Shown: one piece after another, positions 18,471-31,361 of the stretch
Numbering within the stretch: the first letter of the stretch is position 1
How the letters are laid out: each line of letters opens with the position of its first letter
DNA from: Planctomycetota bacterium
GTDB taxonomy: Bacteria; Planctomycetota; UBA1135; UBA2386
Reading direction: 5' to 3'
DNA length: 64,000 bases
Assembly: GCA_947501605.1 (NCBI GenBank)
Contig: CANMWZ010000011.1
Location: 32,001-96,000 of the forward strand
Program-made: the position numbers and the translations under genes
Notes under the pieces: generated by a model
Told to the model about the DNA's origin: nothing
The model's input: the letters and a program-made list of their open reading frames with translations, nothing else
The model's database searches: none

Positions 18471-20453
18471 CTACAGCTCCTCTGGTCCGCCGACGTAGCC
18501 CAGGAATGCGCTCGCCGCGACCACCATAGGGCTGGCGAGGTAAACCTGCCCCGGACCCGAGCGGCCAGGAAAGTTGCGGTTGATCGCGGACACCGTGACC
18601 TCGTCTGCCGTGAACGACACTCCGGGCCCGGCCTTGATGCACGCGCCGCAGCTGGGATCGATCAGCTCGACGCCCGCACCCTCGAACAAATCGATGTAGC
18701 CCATCGTCTCGGCGTAGCGGCGGATGCGCTGGCTGCCGAACTGGATGTAGAGCTTGACGCCCTTCAGCGTCCGGCCGCGCTCGATCGCCTTGCGAACGAC
18801 GCTCGCGTACATGTCCATGTCGGCCTTCTTGCCGCCGGTGCACGAACCGCCATAGGCGATCTGCACCCGGACCTGTCCGAGCTTGCTACGCAGTTCCGCG
18901 AGCGGGATGCCGTTGCGCGGATCGCCCGGGGTGGCGACGGTCGGCACCAGCGTTGACAGGTCGATGTCGAAGGTCTTGCAGTAGGTCGCGCCGGAGTCTG
19001 CCTTGACGATTTGGGCGCGGAGCTTCTTTCGATCGGTGCCGCGCATCGTCGCGATGTAGTCGACGACAACTTCGTCCGCTTCGATGATGCCCGTGAACCC
19101 GCCAGCCTCGACGGCCATGTTGGTCAGCGTGGCGCGTTCGTCGAGCGACATAGCGCGCACGGCGGAGCCTGCGAACTCGAGCACCTTGCCGATGCCCGCG
19201 CCAGTCTTGAAGAACTGGTCGCTGAGCAAGTGCAGCATCAGGTCCTTGGCACAGACGCCCGCGGACATGGTGCCCGTCAAGTTGACCCGCACGGACTCTG
19301 GCACCTTGACGCGCACGTCTTTGGTGAACCACGAGTTTGCCATGTCCGTCGAGCCGACGCCGAACGCGAAACAACCGAGCGCGCCTGCCATGCAGGTATG
19401 GCTATCGGTGCCGATCACCAACTGACCCGGCTCGGCGATGTCCTCGATGACGATGTTGTGGCAGATGCCTTCGCTTCCGACCAGCTTGCCGTCGCGCTCC
19501 ACTTCGCCGTAGAGCTTGATGCCCTGCTTCTTGGTGAAGGCCTCTTGTACAGTGGCGAGCGACGCAGCTTGTTCACGCAAGCCCATCTTGATGTGGGCTT
19601 CGGGCATGATGCGGTCGAGAAACGTCAGGTGGTCGCGGAACGCAAACACCGACGCCGGGTCCGTGATCGTCGCATTCTCGCCCAAGCCCATGCGGAACAG
19701 CGCCTCCGCCATCGGCGTGACATACTCGTGGCTGAACCGGACATCCGTGCGCACGAACAGCGCGTCGCCAGGCTTCACCGCGGCGATACCGAGCTTGCCC
19801 GTCTTGGCGTCGGCGATCGCTCGCTGCGCGATGATCTTCTCGCACAGCGTCATCGGGCGCGCCGCAGTCGTCACTGCCGGCGGCACGGTGCTGCCGGCCA
19901 GGCGCGCCTGGTTGTAAGCGAACAGACCGCCGTGTCGGACGATCTCGGCGGCGATCGAGTCGAGGCCTTTGGTGAACTCCTCGATCGGGATCGACTCACC
20001 GCGGACGAGTCGCGGGATCAACGAGAAATCCGTCGACGTCAGCAAGCCGATGTTCTGGCAGTTCTGGCCATAGATCTTCTCGATGTTCCTGGCGATGACA
20101 ATTTGCACGCCCGCCTTGAGTTCGCTGTAGGGCGCAGTCTCACGCGAACTACCGCAGCCTTTCGACACCCCGCTGACGATCAGGCCGAAGCCGCCGTTCT
20201 TGATTGCATCGACCTTGATGTTGCCGCCACGCAGACCGACGAGGCAGTAGCGCGCCAACGTCTCGTCGTAGTAGTAGCAGACCCATCCAGGCGTGAGCTC
20301 GTCGGTGCTGATGTTGTCGATCAGCTTCTGCCCCTCGTCGAACGGCACGTCGAGCTTGTCGTAGAGTTGAGCCTTCAGCGGGCCCTGATCCTCGGTCAAG
20401 TAGAGAACGCGGCCCGCGAGCTTGACACTAGTGCGCTGTTGCGTGGTCGTCAT
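18471..20453 (-). CDS. Aconitase-family dehydratase, single chain with LeuD-like swivel N-terminal to LeuC-like [4Fe-4S] domain
   Basis: N-term NISTDE and GCGSSRE; C-term DH, GICH, DSHTC, NMAVEAG, GGSCTG, SCGAC, NRNFPGR, YLASP. Confidence 0.9.
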   Translation of the reverse strand: MTTTQQRTSVKLAGRVLYLTEDQGPLKAQLYDKLDVPFDEGQKLIDNISTDELTPGWVCYYYDETLARYCLVGLRGGNIKVDAIKNGGFGLIVSGVSKGCGSSRETAPYSELKAGVQIVIARNIEKIYGQNCQNIGLLTSTDFSLIPRLVRGESIPIEEFTKGLDSIAAEIVRHGGLFAYNQARLAGSTVPPAVTTAARPMTLCEKIIAQRAIADAKTGKLGIAAVKPGDALFVRTDVRFSHEYVTPMAEALFRMGLGENATITDPASVFAFRDHLTFLDRIMPEAHIKMGLREQAASLATVQEAFTKKQGIKLYGEVERDGKLVGSEGICHNIVIEDIAEPGQLVIGTDSHTCMAGALGCFAFGVGSTDMANSWFTKDVRVKVPESVRVNLTGTMSAGVCAKDLMLHLLSDQFFKTGAGIGKVLEFAGSAVRAMSLDERATLTNMAVEAGGFTGIIEADEVVVDYIATMRGTDRKKLRAQIVKADSGATYCKTFDIDLSTLVPTVATPGDPRNGIPLAELRSKLGQVRVQIAYGGSCTGGKKADMDMYASVVRKAIERGRTLKGVKLYIQFGSQRIRRYAETMGYIDLFEGAGVELIDPSCGACIKAGPGVSFTADEVTVSAINRNFPGRSGPGQVYLASPMVVAASAFLGYVGGPEEL

Positions 20454-20460
20454 CGTGGCC

Positions 20461-21660
20461 TCAGATGCGCTCCAGGATCATCGCAATGCCCTGGCCACCG
20501 CCAATGCACGCAGACGCGCAGCCGAGCGACTTGCCGGACTGCTCGAGTTCGCGGACCAACGTCAGCAGGAGCCGCGTACCCGTTGCCCCGAGCGGGTGAC
20601 CGAGCGCAATGGCGCCACCGTTGACGTTGCACTTGTTGCGATCGAGCTTCAGCTCCTTCTCGCAACCGAGGTACTGCGCCGAGAACGCTTCGTTGATCTC
20701 GACCAGATCGAGGTCTGCGACCTTCAGGGCCGCCTTTTGGCATGCGAGCTGGATCGCAGGCACTGGTCCAAGCCCCATGACCTCCGGCGGCACGCCGGCA
20801 CTGGCCCACGACCGAATCCGCACCTTGGGCTTCAGGCCAAGTTCTTTCGCCCGCGCCGCAGTCGTGACCACCAACATCGCGGCCCCGTCGACGATGCCAG
20901 AAGCGTTGCCGGCAGTGACCGTCCCCTCCTTGCCGAAGGCGGCGCGCAACGAGCGCAAGGCCTCGATGGTCGTCTCGGGCTTGATGTGGTCGTCGCTCGA
21001 CACCACGAACTCCTTCTTGCCGACCATCACCGTCAGCGGCGCGATCTCGGCACCGAACTTGCCCGCCTTGACCGCAGCGGCGCCGAGCATGTGACTGCGC
21101 AACGCGTAGTCGTCCTGCTCCTCACGAGAGATCGAGCACTTCTTGGCGACGTTCTCGGCGGTCTGGGCCATGAAGAACTTGCAGAACGGGTCGTAGAGCG
21201 CTTGGAAGAGCAGGTCCTCGATAGCTGGGGCCTGGCCGAAGCGGAAGCCTTCGCGGGCGCCGCGGATGACATGCGGCACTTGGCTCATGTTCTCCATGCC
21301 GCCCGCAAGACACAGCTTGGCTTCGCCAACCAGGATCGCGTGCACTGCACTGACCACCGACTGGATGCCCGAACCACAGAGGCGATTGACCGTCAGCGCC
21401 GGCTTGTCGATGGGGACGCCAGCCTTGAGGGCGACGTGGCGCGCGCCGTAGATGGCATCGCTGCTGCTTTGCGCGGCGTTGCCGACGAAGGTCTCATCCA
21501 CCATCTCAGCCTTGCAGCCGGTGCGCTCGAGCGCCGCCTTGGCGGCGTGAGCGGCGAGGTCGATCGCCGAGACATCCTTGAACTTGCCGAAACCGGGTGT
21601 GCCGGAATACTCCGCCATGGCGGTGCGGGCACCACCAACGATCACGAGGTCGGATTGCAT
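20461..21660 (-). CDS. Acetyl-CoA C-acyltransferase (thiolase)
   Basis: NRLCGSG, GGMENMS, TAGNASG, NEAF, GHPLGATG, CIGGGQG. Confidence 0.95.
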   Translation of the reverse strand: MQSDLVIVGGARTAMAEYSGTPGFGKFKDVSAIDLAAHAAKAALERTGCKAEMVDETFVGNAAQSSSDAIYGARHVALKAGVPIDKPALTVNRLCGSGIQSVVSAVHAILVGEAKLCLAGGMENMSQVPHVIRGAREGFRFGQAPAIEDLLFQALYDPFCKFFMAQTAENVAKKCSISREEQDDYALRSHMLGAAAVKAGKFGAEIAPLTVMVGKKEFVVSSDDHIKPETTIEALRSLRAAFGKEGTVTAGNASGIVDGAAMLVVTTAARAKELGLKPKVRIRSWASAGVPPEVMGLGPVPAIQLACQKAALKVADLDLVEINEAFSAQYLGCEKELKLDRNKCNVNGGAIALGHPLGATGTRLLLTLVRELEQSGKSLGCASACIGGGQGIAMILERI

Positions 21661-21755
21661 CCGCAGAGCATCGAACATCGGAGCGGGCAAGGCAAGTTCG
21701 CGCCCACTCGTCAGTCACTGCAGGGACGGCCCTTCTGACGGCCCACCGAGAGCTT

Positions 21756-22058
21756 TCACGAGGCGAGCAGCGGGGCGAGCAGATGGCGCTGGATCTCCGC
21801 ATCGGCCGTTTGCCGTTCGTCCTCGACCCGCAGGAGATCGAGCACGAGTTCCCGCTCGCGCTCCTCGAGTTCGGCCCAGACCAGGCGCAGCTCCGACGGC
21901 GCCCGCGGGCCGCGCGACCGCCGTTCCGGGTCCCAATCGCGCAGCTCCTGCTGCACCGCGCGCAGCGCCGACTGGAGGGCCAGTTGCTGACGCCGCAGGG
22001 CTGCACGGGCACCGACCAACGTGAACAAGGACGAAGGTGAGTCGTCGGGCTGGAACAC
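21756..22058 (-). CDS. Small coiled-coil hypothetical protein (100 aa)
   Basis: GTG at 22058 with AGGAGG 6 nt upstream; heptad-like helices; hidden in the 3' end of shadow ORF 21756..23084. Confidence 0.6.
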   Translation of the reverse strand: MFQPDDSPSSLFTLVGARAALRRQQLALQSALRAVQQELRDWDPERRSRGPRAPSELRLVWAELEERERELVLDLLRVEDERQTADAEIQRHLLAPLLAS

Positions 22059-22253
22059 GGACGGCCTCCTCGGGCCCACCTGGGCCGCGGCAATGGCTGG
22101 CAAGAACCTCAGCGGCAGCAACCAAGTCGTCGGGACAGAGCCCAAGGACAGCTGCCACGACGCCACTAGTAACCCCGCGTGGCCAAGTTGCGAAACAGCG
22201 TCCAGCAAGCCCCCCACTTTCGCGCCGCCGTGCCGTCGGCAATGATCTCGCCC

Positions 22254-23024
22254 ATGCGAACCCTGCTGCGATCCCTGCTGGTCGCGACCCTGTGCCTTTC
22301 CAGCAGCTGCGAGACCTACAAGCGCCTCAACTTCTACAGCGAACAGGAAGAGGCCCAGCTCGGCGAACAGGCCTACTCTGAGATCCTGCAAGGCGAAGGC
22401 AAGCCCTTGATCACGAGCGGCGCGAACTACGAGATGGTGGTTCGCGTCGGACGCAAGATCGCCGCGGCCTCGGGCGCGAACTACCAGTGGGAGTTCAAGC
22501 TGATTGACGCGCCCGATGTGCCCAACGCTTTCTGCCTTCCTGGCGGCAAGATCGCAGTCTACTCCGGCATCCTCCCGATCACGCAGAACGAGCATGCACT
22601 GGCAGCGGTCATGGGCCATGAAGTAGCCCACGCAACCGAGCACCACGGGGCGATTCGGATGAGCCAGGGCATGGTCACGCAGCTCGGGCTCACCATCGCT
22701 GCCGCCGGTGTGTCGATGGCGAAGATGAGCGACGAGCAGAAGATGGGCGTCGTCGCCGCCCTCGGCGCGGGCACCCAGGTCGGCCTCACGCTGCCGTTCA
22801 GCCGCGACCACGAACGCGACGCCGACATTGTCGGGATTCGCTTCGCCATCCGCGCTGGCTACGACCCCTGGGAGGCACCCAAGCTGTGGGAGCGCATGAA
22901 CCAACTGGGCAGCAGTGGGCCCGGTTGGCTGAGCACGCACCCCGATCCGCTCGAACGGGCGGAGAAGCTCCGCCAAGTGATTCCGCAGATCTTGGCCGAG
23001 GAAGGCAAGCTCAAGAACCCGTGA
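22254..23024 (+). CDS. M48-family zinc metallopeptidase lipoprotein
   Basis: Lipobox-like LSSSC, NAFCLPGGKI, HEVAH, FSRDHERDAD, LSTHP. Confidence 0.92.
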   Translation: MRTLLRSLLVATLCLSSSCETYKRLNFYSEQEEAQLGEQAYSEILQGEGKPLITSGANYEMVVRVGRKIAAASGANYQWEFKLIDAPDVPNAFCLPGGKIAVYSGILPITQNEHALAAVMGHEVAHATEHHGAIRMSQGMVTQLGLTIAAAGVSMAKMSDEQKMGVVAALGAGTQVGLTLPFSRDHERDADIVGIRFAIRAGYDPWEAPKLWERMNQLGSSGPGWLSTHPDPLERAEKLRQVIPQILAEEGKLKNP

Positions 23025-23152
23025 GGCCAGGCGCCGCGCCCTGGAAGCGGCCACGCCTTGTCGTGAGGGGTCGTCGGACGCCAAACGTTCCGCGCCATGG
23101 CGGCATCCGCCACCGGCTCGACGCGCAGCGCCAGCCCAGTCGATGAAGACCT

Positions 23153-23836
23153 GTGCGCACGACTTCTACCCGCGGCTTCACGCTCGTCGAACTGGTGATC
23201 GTGGTCGCGATCGTGGCGGTTCTCGCCACGATCGCGATCCCAAGCCTGTTGAGCGCGCGCTCCAGCGCCAACGAGAAGACCGTCATCGCCACCCTGCGTG
23301 CGATCGTGACGGCGCAGCAGGTTGCTCGCACCAACGGGACCATCGACGTGAACGACAACGGCCAGGGCGAAGCGGCGTCGTTGGGTGAACTGGCGGGGAT
23401 CGAAGTGCTGCGCGGGGATTCGAACGTCCTGCGACCCGCCGCCCTGTCGTCGGCCCTCGGCAAGCTCGACGCCAACGGCTACGCGTTCAGTCACGGGTTC
23501 TACTTCGCGCTCTACCTGCCGAATGCGACCGGCGATGGTGTGTTGGCAACGCCCGCCAACTTCGGCAGCATCAGCGCCGCGTTGGCAGAGTCGTACTGGA
23601 CCTGTGTGGCGTGGCCGCGCCAGCGCTCCACCCAGGGCTACGGCACCTACTTCACCAACCAGAGTGGTGACATCCTGGTCGCCAAGGGTGCGACCTACGA
23701 CGGAACCACTTCGGTCCCGCCCGCCGGAGCCGGCTTGCTGACTGCGACCACGAACCACATCGCGGCGACCAGGTCGGCAGCTGCCGCAGCGGACGGCATC
23801 GGCGCCGACGGCAACTTCTGGCGCATCGTTCCCTGA
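23153..23836 (+). CDS. Prepilin-type (type IV pilin/pseudopilin-like) protein
   Basis: RG|FTLVELVIVVAIVAVLATIAIP class III signal; C-terminal VAWP...YFTNQSG segment. Confidence 0.88.
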   Translation: MRTTSTRGFTLVELVIVVAIVAVLATIAIPSLLSARSSANEKTVIATLRAIVTAQQVARTNGTIDVNDNGQGEAASLGELAGIEVLRGDSNVLRPAALSSALGKLDANGYAFSHGFYFALYLPNATGDGVLATPANFGSISAALAESYWTCVAWPRQRSTQGYGTYFTNQSGDILVAKGATYDGTTSVPPAGAGLLTATTNHIAATRSAAAAADGIGADGNFWRIVP

Positions 23837-23879
23837 GCGCACTGCAACGCGAAAGCAACGCCGCCAATCGGGGCAGCGC

Positions 23880-26468
23880 CTACTCGTACCGAACGGACAT
23901 CGCCGGGTCTTCCATGGCGGCTCGACGCGCTGGCACGTAGGCCGCTGCGGCGCCCACGAGCAGTCCGATGGCGGGCACCGCGATCATCCACGCCACCGGC
24001 AGCACAACGGGGGCCTGCAAGGCCGCCACGCGATTGAGGCCTTCGATCAAAACGTGCGCCATCGGCACAGCGAGAACCAACGCCAAGCCAGCGCCGAGCC
24101 CGCCGATGACCAGCCCTTCGAGCATCAGGCTCCCGCGCAGAGTCCGCGTGCCGACACCGAGCGCGCGCAGCACGCCGAGCTCTCGCGCCCGACCGAGCGC
24201 GGCGATGGTCATGCCGTTCAGTAGACCCGTGCCGGCAAGCAACAGGATCAGCAGCAGCAGCAAGTCGAACAGGTGAAAGTCGCGGTCGACATCCCGCAGG
24301 TGGTAGTCAAGAATCTCATCCCCGGTCTTGTAGCGCACGAGCTTCATTTCGCGGTCGCGCAGACGGCTGCCGACGACGCTCGCGTCGGCGCCCTTGCTCA
24401 GTCGCAGGGTCGTGAACTGCACGATCGATCCAGCCATGCAGAAGTCACGACGCAGCCAATCGGGCGAGGCAATCGCCCACGCCTGCTCACTGGGCACGTA
24501 GCCCGATGCGTCGCTGATGTGCAGCACCTCGTAGCTGACGGGCACCTGATTGCGATCGCGCAAGGCGACCAACGAACCCTCGCGCCATCCCATCTTCAGC
24601 GCCAACCGCCGCGAGGCGATCAGGGTCCGGACCTTGGGATCGGTGTAGCGAAGCAGCTTGCCCTGGTGGCCTTCGAGCGCAGAGCCCTTGCTGCCCACGT
24701 GCGCCACATCGAGACCACGAAGCAGGAACGGACCGTGGACCTCGCCAACGATGGGTTCGATTGCCGCCACTCCGGGCACCGCACTCCACGCTTCGATGTC
24801 GGCGACAGACCGTGGTGGCGTCTCGACAAACGCACGCCCCATCAGCGCGGCCGCCCCAAACTGGTGCACGTCGCCGCGCAGAGATGCAGTGATGCTCTGG
24901 AGACCAAGGAACGCGAGCAGGACGGCCGCCAGACCCACCGTCGATGCGGCGATGCGACCGGACTGCCGCTGCACGCTCTTGCGGCAGAGCCACGTCGCCA
25001 TGGGCGCGAACCACGACAAGGGCAGGAGCAGCAGACGCCCTCCGAGTGCCACCACCACCGGCGCGATCAGCAAGAGGCCGCCGACCGCCGCGACCATGCT
25101 GCCCATTTCGAGGAGCACCCAAAGGGTCTCGCGACCCTCTTCCGCCACCAAGGGGGTCATCGCCAGATATGCGATGGGCAGCACCAAGATGAGCAGTGCA
25201 AACAGCCAGAGGTTGACGCCTTTCAACAGATCGACGTCATCGCCACCGCTACCGAGCCCGCGCTGCCGCAAGATCCACAGCGCTGGCAATTGGCGCGCGC
25301 GCCACAACGGAAACACCGCACCCGCCAAGGTGAACACGATGCCGAGTACCGCGGTGCCGAGCATCGGCACCAGCGGCAGCTCGAACACCAGCCAAGCCTT
25401 GTCGCCACCGAGCGAGCTGATGTTGGCGTTGCGCAGCAGCGCCGCCAAGCCGACGCCGAGGCCGAGCCCGAGGCCGGCGCCCACGACCCCCAGCAGCAAC
25501 GCGTCGCCGAGGAAGATCCGCCCCACTGCGCCGCGGCCGGTGCCAAGGCAGCGAAGCAAACCGAGCAGACGTACTCGAGTGACCAGCGAGTTCGACAGCG
25601 TCTGGAACACCACGAACATGCCAAGCAACAGTGCAAGACAGCCGAGCACCTTCAAGCCGTTGCGGAACGCGCGCTCGTCGGCGCCTTCCCCGAGCTGGGC
25701 CGCACGCTCATCGGCGACCACGTAGCCCGCGCCGGCCAGTTCATTGCGGAGCCGGTCGAGATCCGCCCCGTAGACCCGCTGCAATTGAAAGAGGTCCGGC
25801 GCCGGGGACGCGATGCGGCGCACAAGGTCGTGCCCGCCGATCGCCATCTGCGCAAAGTTGCGTCGCCCGAGCCGATGCGGAGCGAGCACACCAACGATCT
25901 CCACCTCGGCGCGCAGCAACGGCCGATCGGACTCCGGCAAGGCAACCAGTTCGCCATCGCGGCATTCGTAGTTGACGCCGCGTGCCGTCTCCTCGAGCGC
26001 GATCTTGCTCCCCGCTCCGACGCCGAGAATTCGCGCCGCCTCGGCACCGACAAGAATGGCGCGATCCCCATCCGCAGCGGTCAAGTCGCGCCCAGCGGCA
26101 ATCGCATAATGATCGAAGGTGCCGGCATTCCACGGTTCGAGCCCGAACACCTGCACATCGACCGTTTCACTGCCGTGGCGCAGAGCTCCGCGCGCTTCGC
26201 GCCACACCGTCGCCGCGGCGATGTTCGGGCGCGCGCGCAGATCGGCGAGCACCTCGGCTGCCGACTTGCCGACGACGGGCAACACCTCCAGGTCCACGGG
26301 ACCGCGCTCCGGACTCTGCAGCAGAAACCGCGTCTGGATGGTGTTGTGGTCCATCACGTAGATGGCCACCACGATGGCGACGCCGAGGGCGATGCCGAGC
26401 AGCGTCAGCAGCGTGCGGAGCGGGTTAGATACCCAGCTCCTGCAGACGACGAAAGACGTGAGCGACAT
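23880..26468 (-). CDS. ABC transporter permease, duplicated FtsX/MacB-like
   Basis: RTLLTLLGIALGVA and two FtsX-like units (LGLLRCLG, RELGVLRALG). Confidence 0.88.
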   Translation of the reverse strand: MSLTSFVVCRSWVSNPLRTLLTLLGIALGVAIVVAIYVMDHNTIQTRFLLQSPERGPVDLEVLPVVGKSAAEVLADLRARPNIAAATVWREARGALRHGSETVDVQVFGLEPWNAGTFDHYAIAAGRDLTAADGDRAILVGAEAARILGVGAGSKIALEETARGVNYECRDGELVALPESDRPLLRAEVEIVGVLAPHRLGRRNFAQMAIGGHDLVRRIASPAPDLFQLQRVYGADLDRLRNELAGAGYVVADERAAQLGEGADERAFRNGLKVLGCLALLLGMFVVFQTLSNSLVTRVRLLGLLRCLGTGRGAVGRIFLGDALLLGVVGAGLGLGLGVGLAALLRNANISSLGGDKAWLVFELPLVPMLGTAVLGIVFTLAGAVFPLWRARQLPALWILRQRGLGSGGDDVDLLKGVNLWLFALLILVLPIAYLAMTPLVAEEGRETLWVLLEMGSMVAAVGGLLLIAPVVVALGGRLLLLPLSWFAPMATWLCRKSVQRQSGRIAASTVGLAAVLLAFLGLQSITASLRGDVHQFGAAALMGRAFVETPPRSVADIEAWSAVPGVAAIEPIVGEVHGPFLLRGLDVAHVGSKGSALEGHQGKLLRYTDPKVRTLIASRRLALKMGWREGSLVALRDRNQVPVSYEVLHISDASGYVPSEQAWAIASPDWLRRDFCMAGSIVQFTTLRLSKGADASVVGSRLRDREMKLVRYKTGDEILDYHLRDVDRDFHLFDLLLLLILLLAGTGLLNGMTIAALGRARELGVLRALGVGTRTLRGSLMLEGLVIGGLGAGLALVLAVPMAHVLIEGLNRVAALQAPVVLPVAWMIAVPAIGLLVGAAAAYVPARRAAMEDPAMSVRYE

Positions 26469-27213
26469 CGAAGGGGCCTCCCGTGAGCGACATGCCGGCG
26501 TTCATGGCGCCGTCGTGCAAGAACAGCACGCGATCGGCAGCCGCCGCGTCGCGAGGGTTGTGCGTAACCAGCAGGATCGAGGTCCCGAGCTGCTTCCGCA
26601 CCGTGGACAACAACTGCACGACCTCTTCGCCGTGCTTGCTCGACAGATTGCCGGTGGGCTCGTCCGCGAGCAGCAACGGCGGCTCGGCTGCCAGCGCGCG
26701 CGCGATGCTCACCCGCTGCATCTCACCGCCCGACAAGGCCTGCGGGTAGCGTTCGGCCAGCTTCCCGATCGACAGCATTTCGAGCACTGCGAGGATTCGC
26801 TCGCGATGGCGCTTCTGGCTCTGACCGAGAATGCGCAGGGGCAGCGTGACGTTTTCCCACACCGTGAGGTCGGGCAGCAGGTGGAAGAACTGGAAGATGA
26901 AGCCGATCTTGCTGCGGCGCACCGCCGCCAGGCGCTCTTCGTCACAGTCACCCAGTCGTTCGCCGGCGAGAAAGACATCGCCCGCCGACGGTTGCTCCAG
27001 GCCCGCGAGCAAGTGCAACAGCGTGGACTTGCCTGAACCTGACGGCCCCATGATCGACACGAACTCGCCCGGTTCGAGTCGAAACGAAACGTCGCGCACG
27101 ATCGGAACCTGCTGGCGATCCACGGTGCGGAAGCGATAGACGTTGCGCGCCTCGAGAACCGCCGCCTGCTCGGTCCCTGGAGCGGCTGCCGCACTACCAG
27201 TGGTGCTGGACAT
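26425..27213 (-). CDS. ABC transporter ATP-binding protein (LolD/MacB-like)
   Basis: GPSGSGKST, GFIFQFFHL, LSGGEMQR, ADEPTGNL, VTH. Confidence 0.93.
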   Translation of the reverse strand: MSSTTGSAAAAPGTEQAAVLEARNVYRFRTVDRQQVPIVRDVSFRLEPGEFVSIMGPSGSGKSTLLHLLAGLEQPSAGDVFLAGERLGDCDEERLAAVRRSKIGFIFQFFHLLPDLTVWENVTLPLRILGQSQKRHRERILAVLEMLSIGKLAERYPQALSGGEMQRVSIARALAAEPPLLLADEPTGNLSSKHGEEVVQLLSTVRKQLGTSILLVTHNPRDAAAADRVLFLHDGAMNAGMSLTGGPFDVAHVFRRLQELGI

Positions 27214-27266
27214 GCGGCCTGATCATGCCGAGCCCAGTGGCAACGGCATCCGCATTCCGGCAAATG

Positions 27267-28120
27267 TCACGCTTCGCCGCTCGAGGACGAGCCGTGCTCC
27301 GGCTCGCGGACGAACACGTTGCGGGCGTAGAGCAACGAGAACTGCAGCGCCTGGACGTTCTGCTGCGACTTCGACCCTGGCTGCGTGGTGACGACGCCGA
27401 CATCACAACCGGCGGCCGCCGCATGGCGGAGTCGATGGCGCAGCAAAGCCGACTGCACGCCGCGGCGGCGCTGCGACGGCAACGTCGCCGCGCCGCACAA
27501 CTGCGCGATGCCCGTGTCGATGCGCATCGAGGCCGCCCCGGCTGGCTCGCCATTGCGCCGGGCCAAGAACAGGGTGACGCCGCGAGCCGTGGCGAAATCA
27601 CGAACGACCCGCTCGACCACCGCCGCGTCGAAGCTCTCAGGAACACCGGCACCTCCTGCATCGGCAGCACCAAAGCCACTGACCATGACGTCGAGCCACT
27701 GCTGCAGCCGTTCCGAAGCGACGACCTCGATGGCGATGTCGGGAGCTCCCGGGGCAGGAGGGGACGCAAGCGAACTGCCCGACACGTTCTCGACGCCGAC
27801 GAGCCGATAGCCGCGCGCACACAAGAAGGTGGCGAGTTGTGGATCCGCGAGCGTGCTGAGTTCCACCTGAATCGGCGCTCCGCGGCGCGCATGCTCGAGC
27901 TCGACGGCCGTCCACGCCTCTGCTGCCAACGCTGCGAACCCGAGGCCTGCGACCTTGTTGAGTGGCGAGCCGGCTTCGGTGAACGCTGCAACGCCGCCGC
28001 CGACTTCGATCACAGAGGCATCCGCCACGCGCCTCGTGACACTGGCCGCGGCCTCGGCGACGAGGCGAGCCTCCGCGGCCTCGATGCGGGCAGCGAGTGC
28101 GACATCACAGAACATCGACG

Positions 28121-28124
<4 letters not shown>
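27267..28124 (-). CDS. GNAT-family N-acetyltransferase
   Basis: C-terminal GAATLPSQRRRGVQSALL acetyl-CoA-binding motif; GTG start overlaps the ileS stop. Confidence 0.85.
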
Positions 28125-31282
<3,158 letters not shown>

Positions 31283-31361
31283 GGGAGGAACAGTGTGGCG
31301 GTGCGCAGTGGCCCACGCAAATGCCGCCTGCTGGCGGCGGGAACGAAGCGGCCCCCTTGCT

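Noticed and set aside
24273..26486. Long antisense ORFs (also 6838..8562, 19011..20624, 29132..32062, 33214..34788, 39960..41933)
   Set aside because: Shadow frames of well-supported genes, expected with high-GC codon usage; no recognisable motifs.
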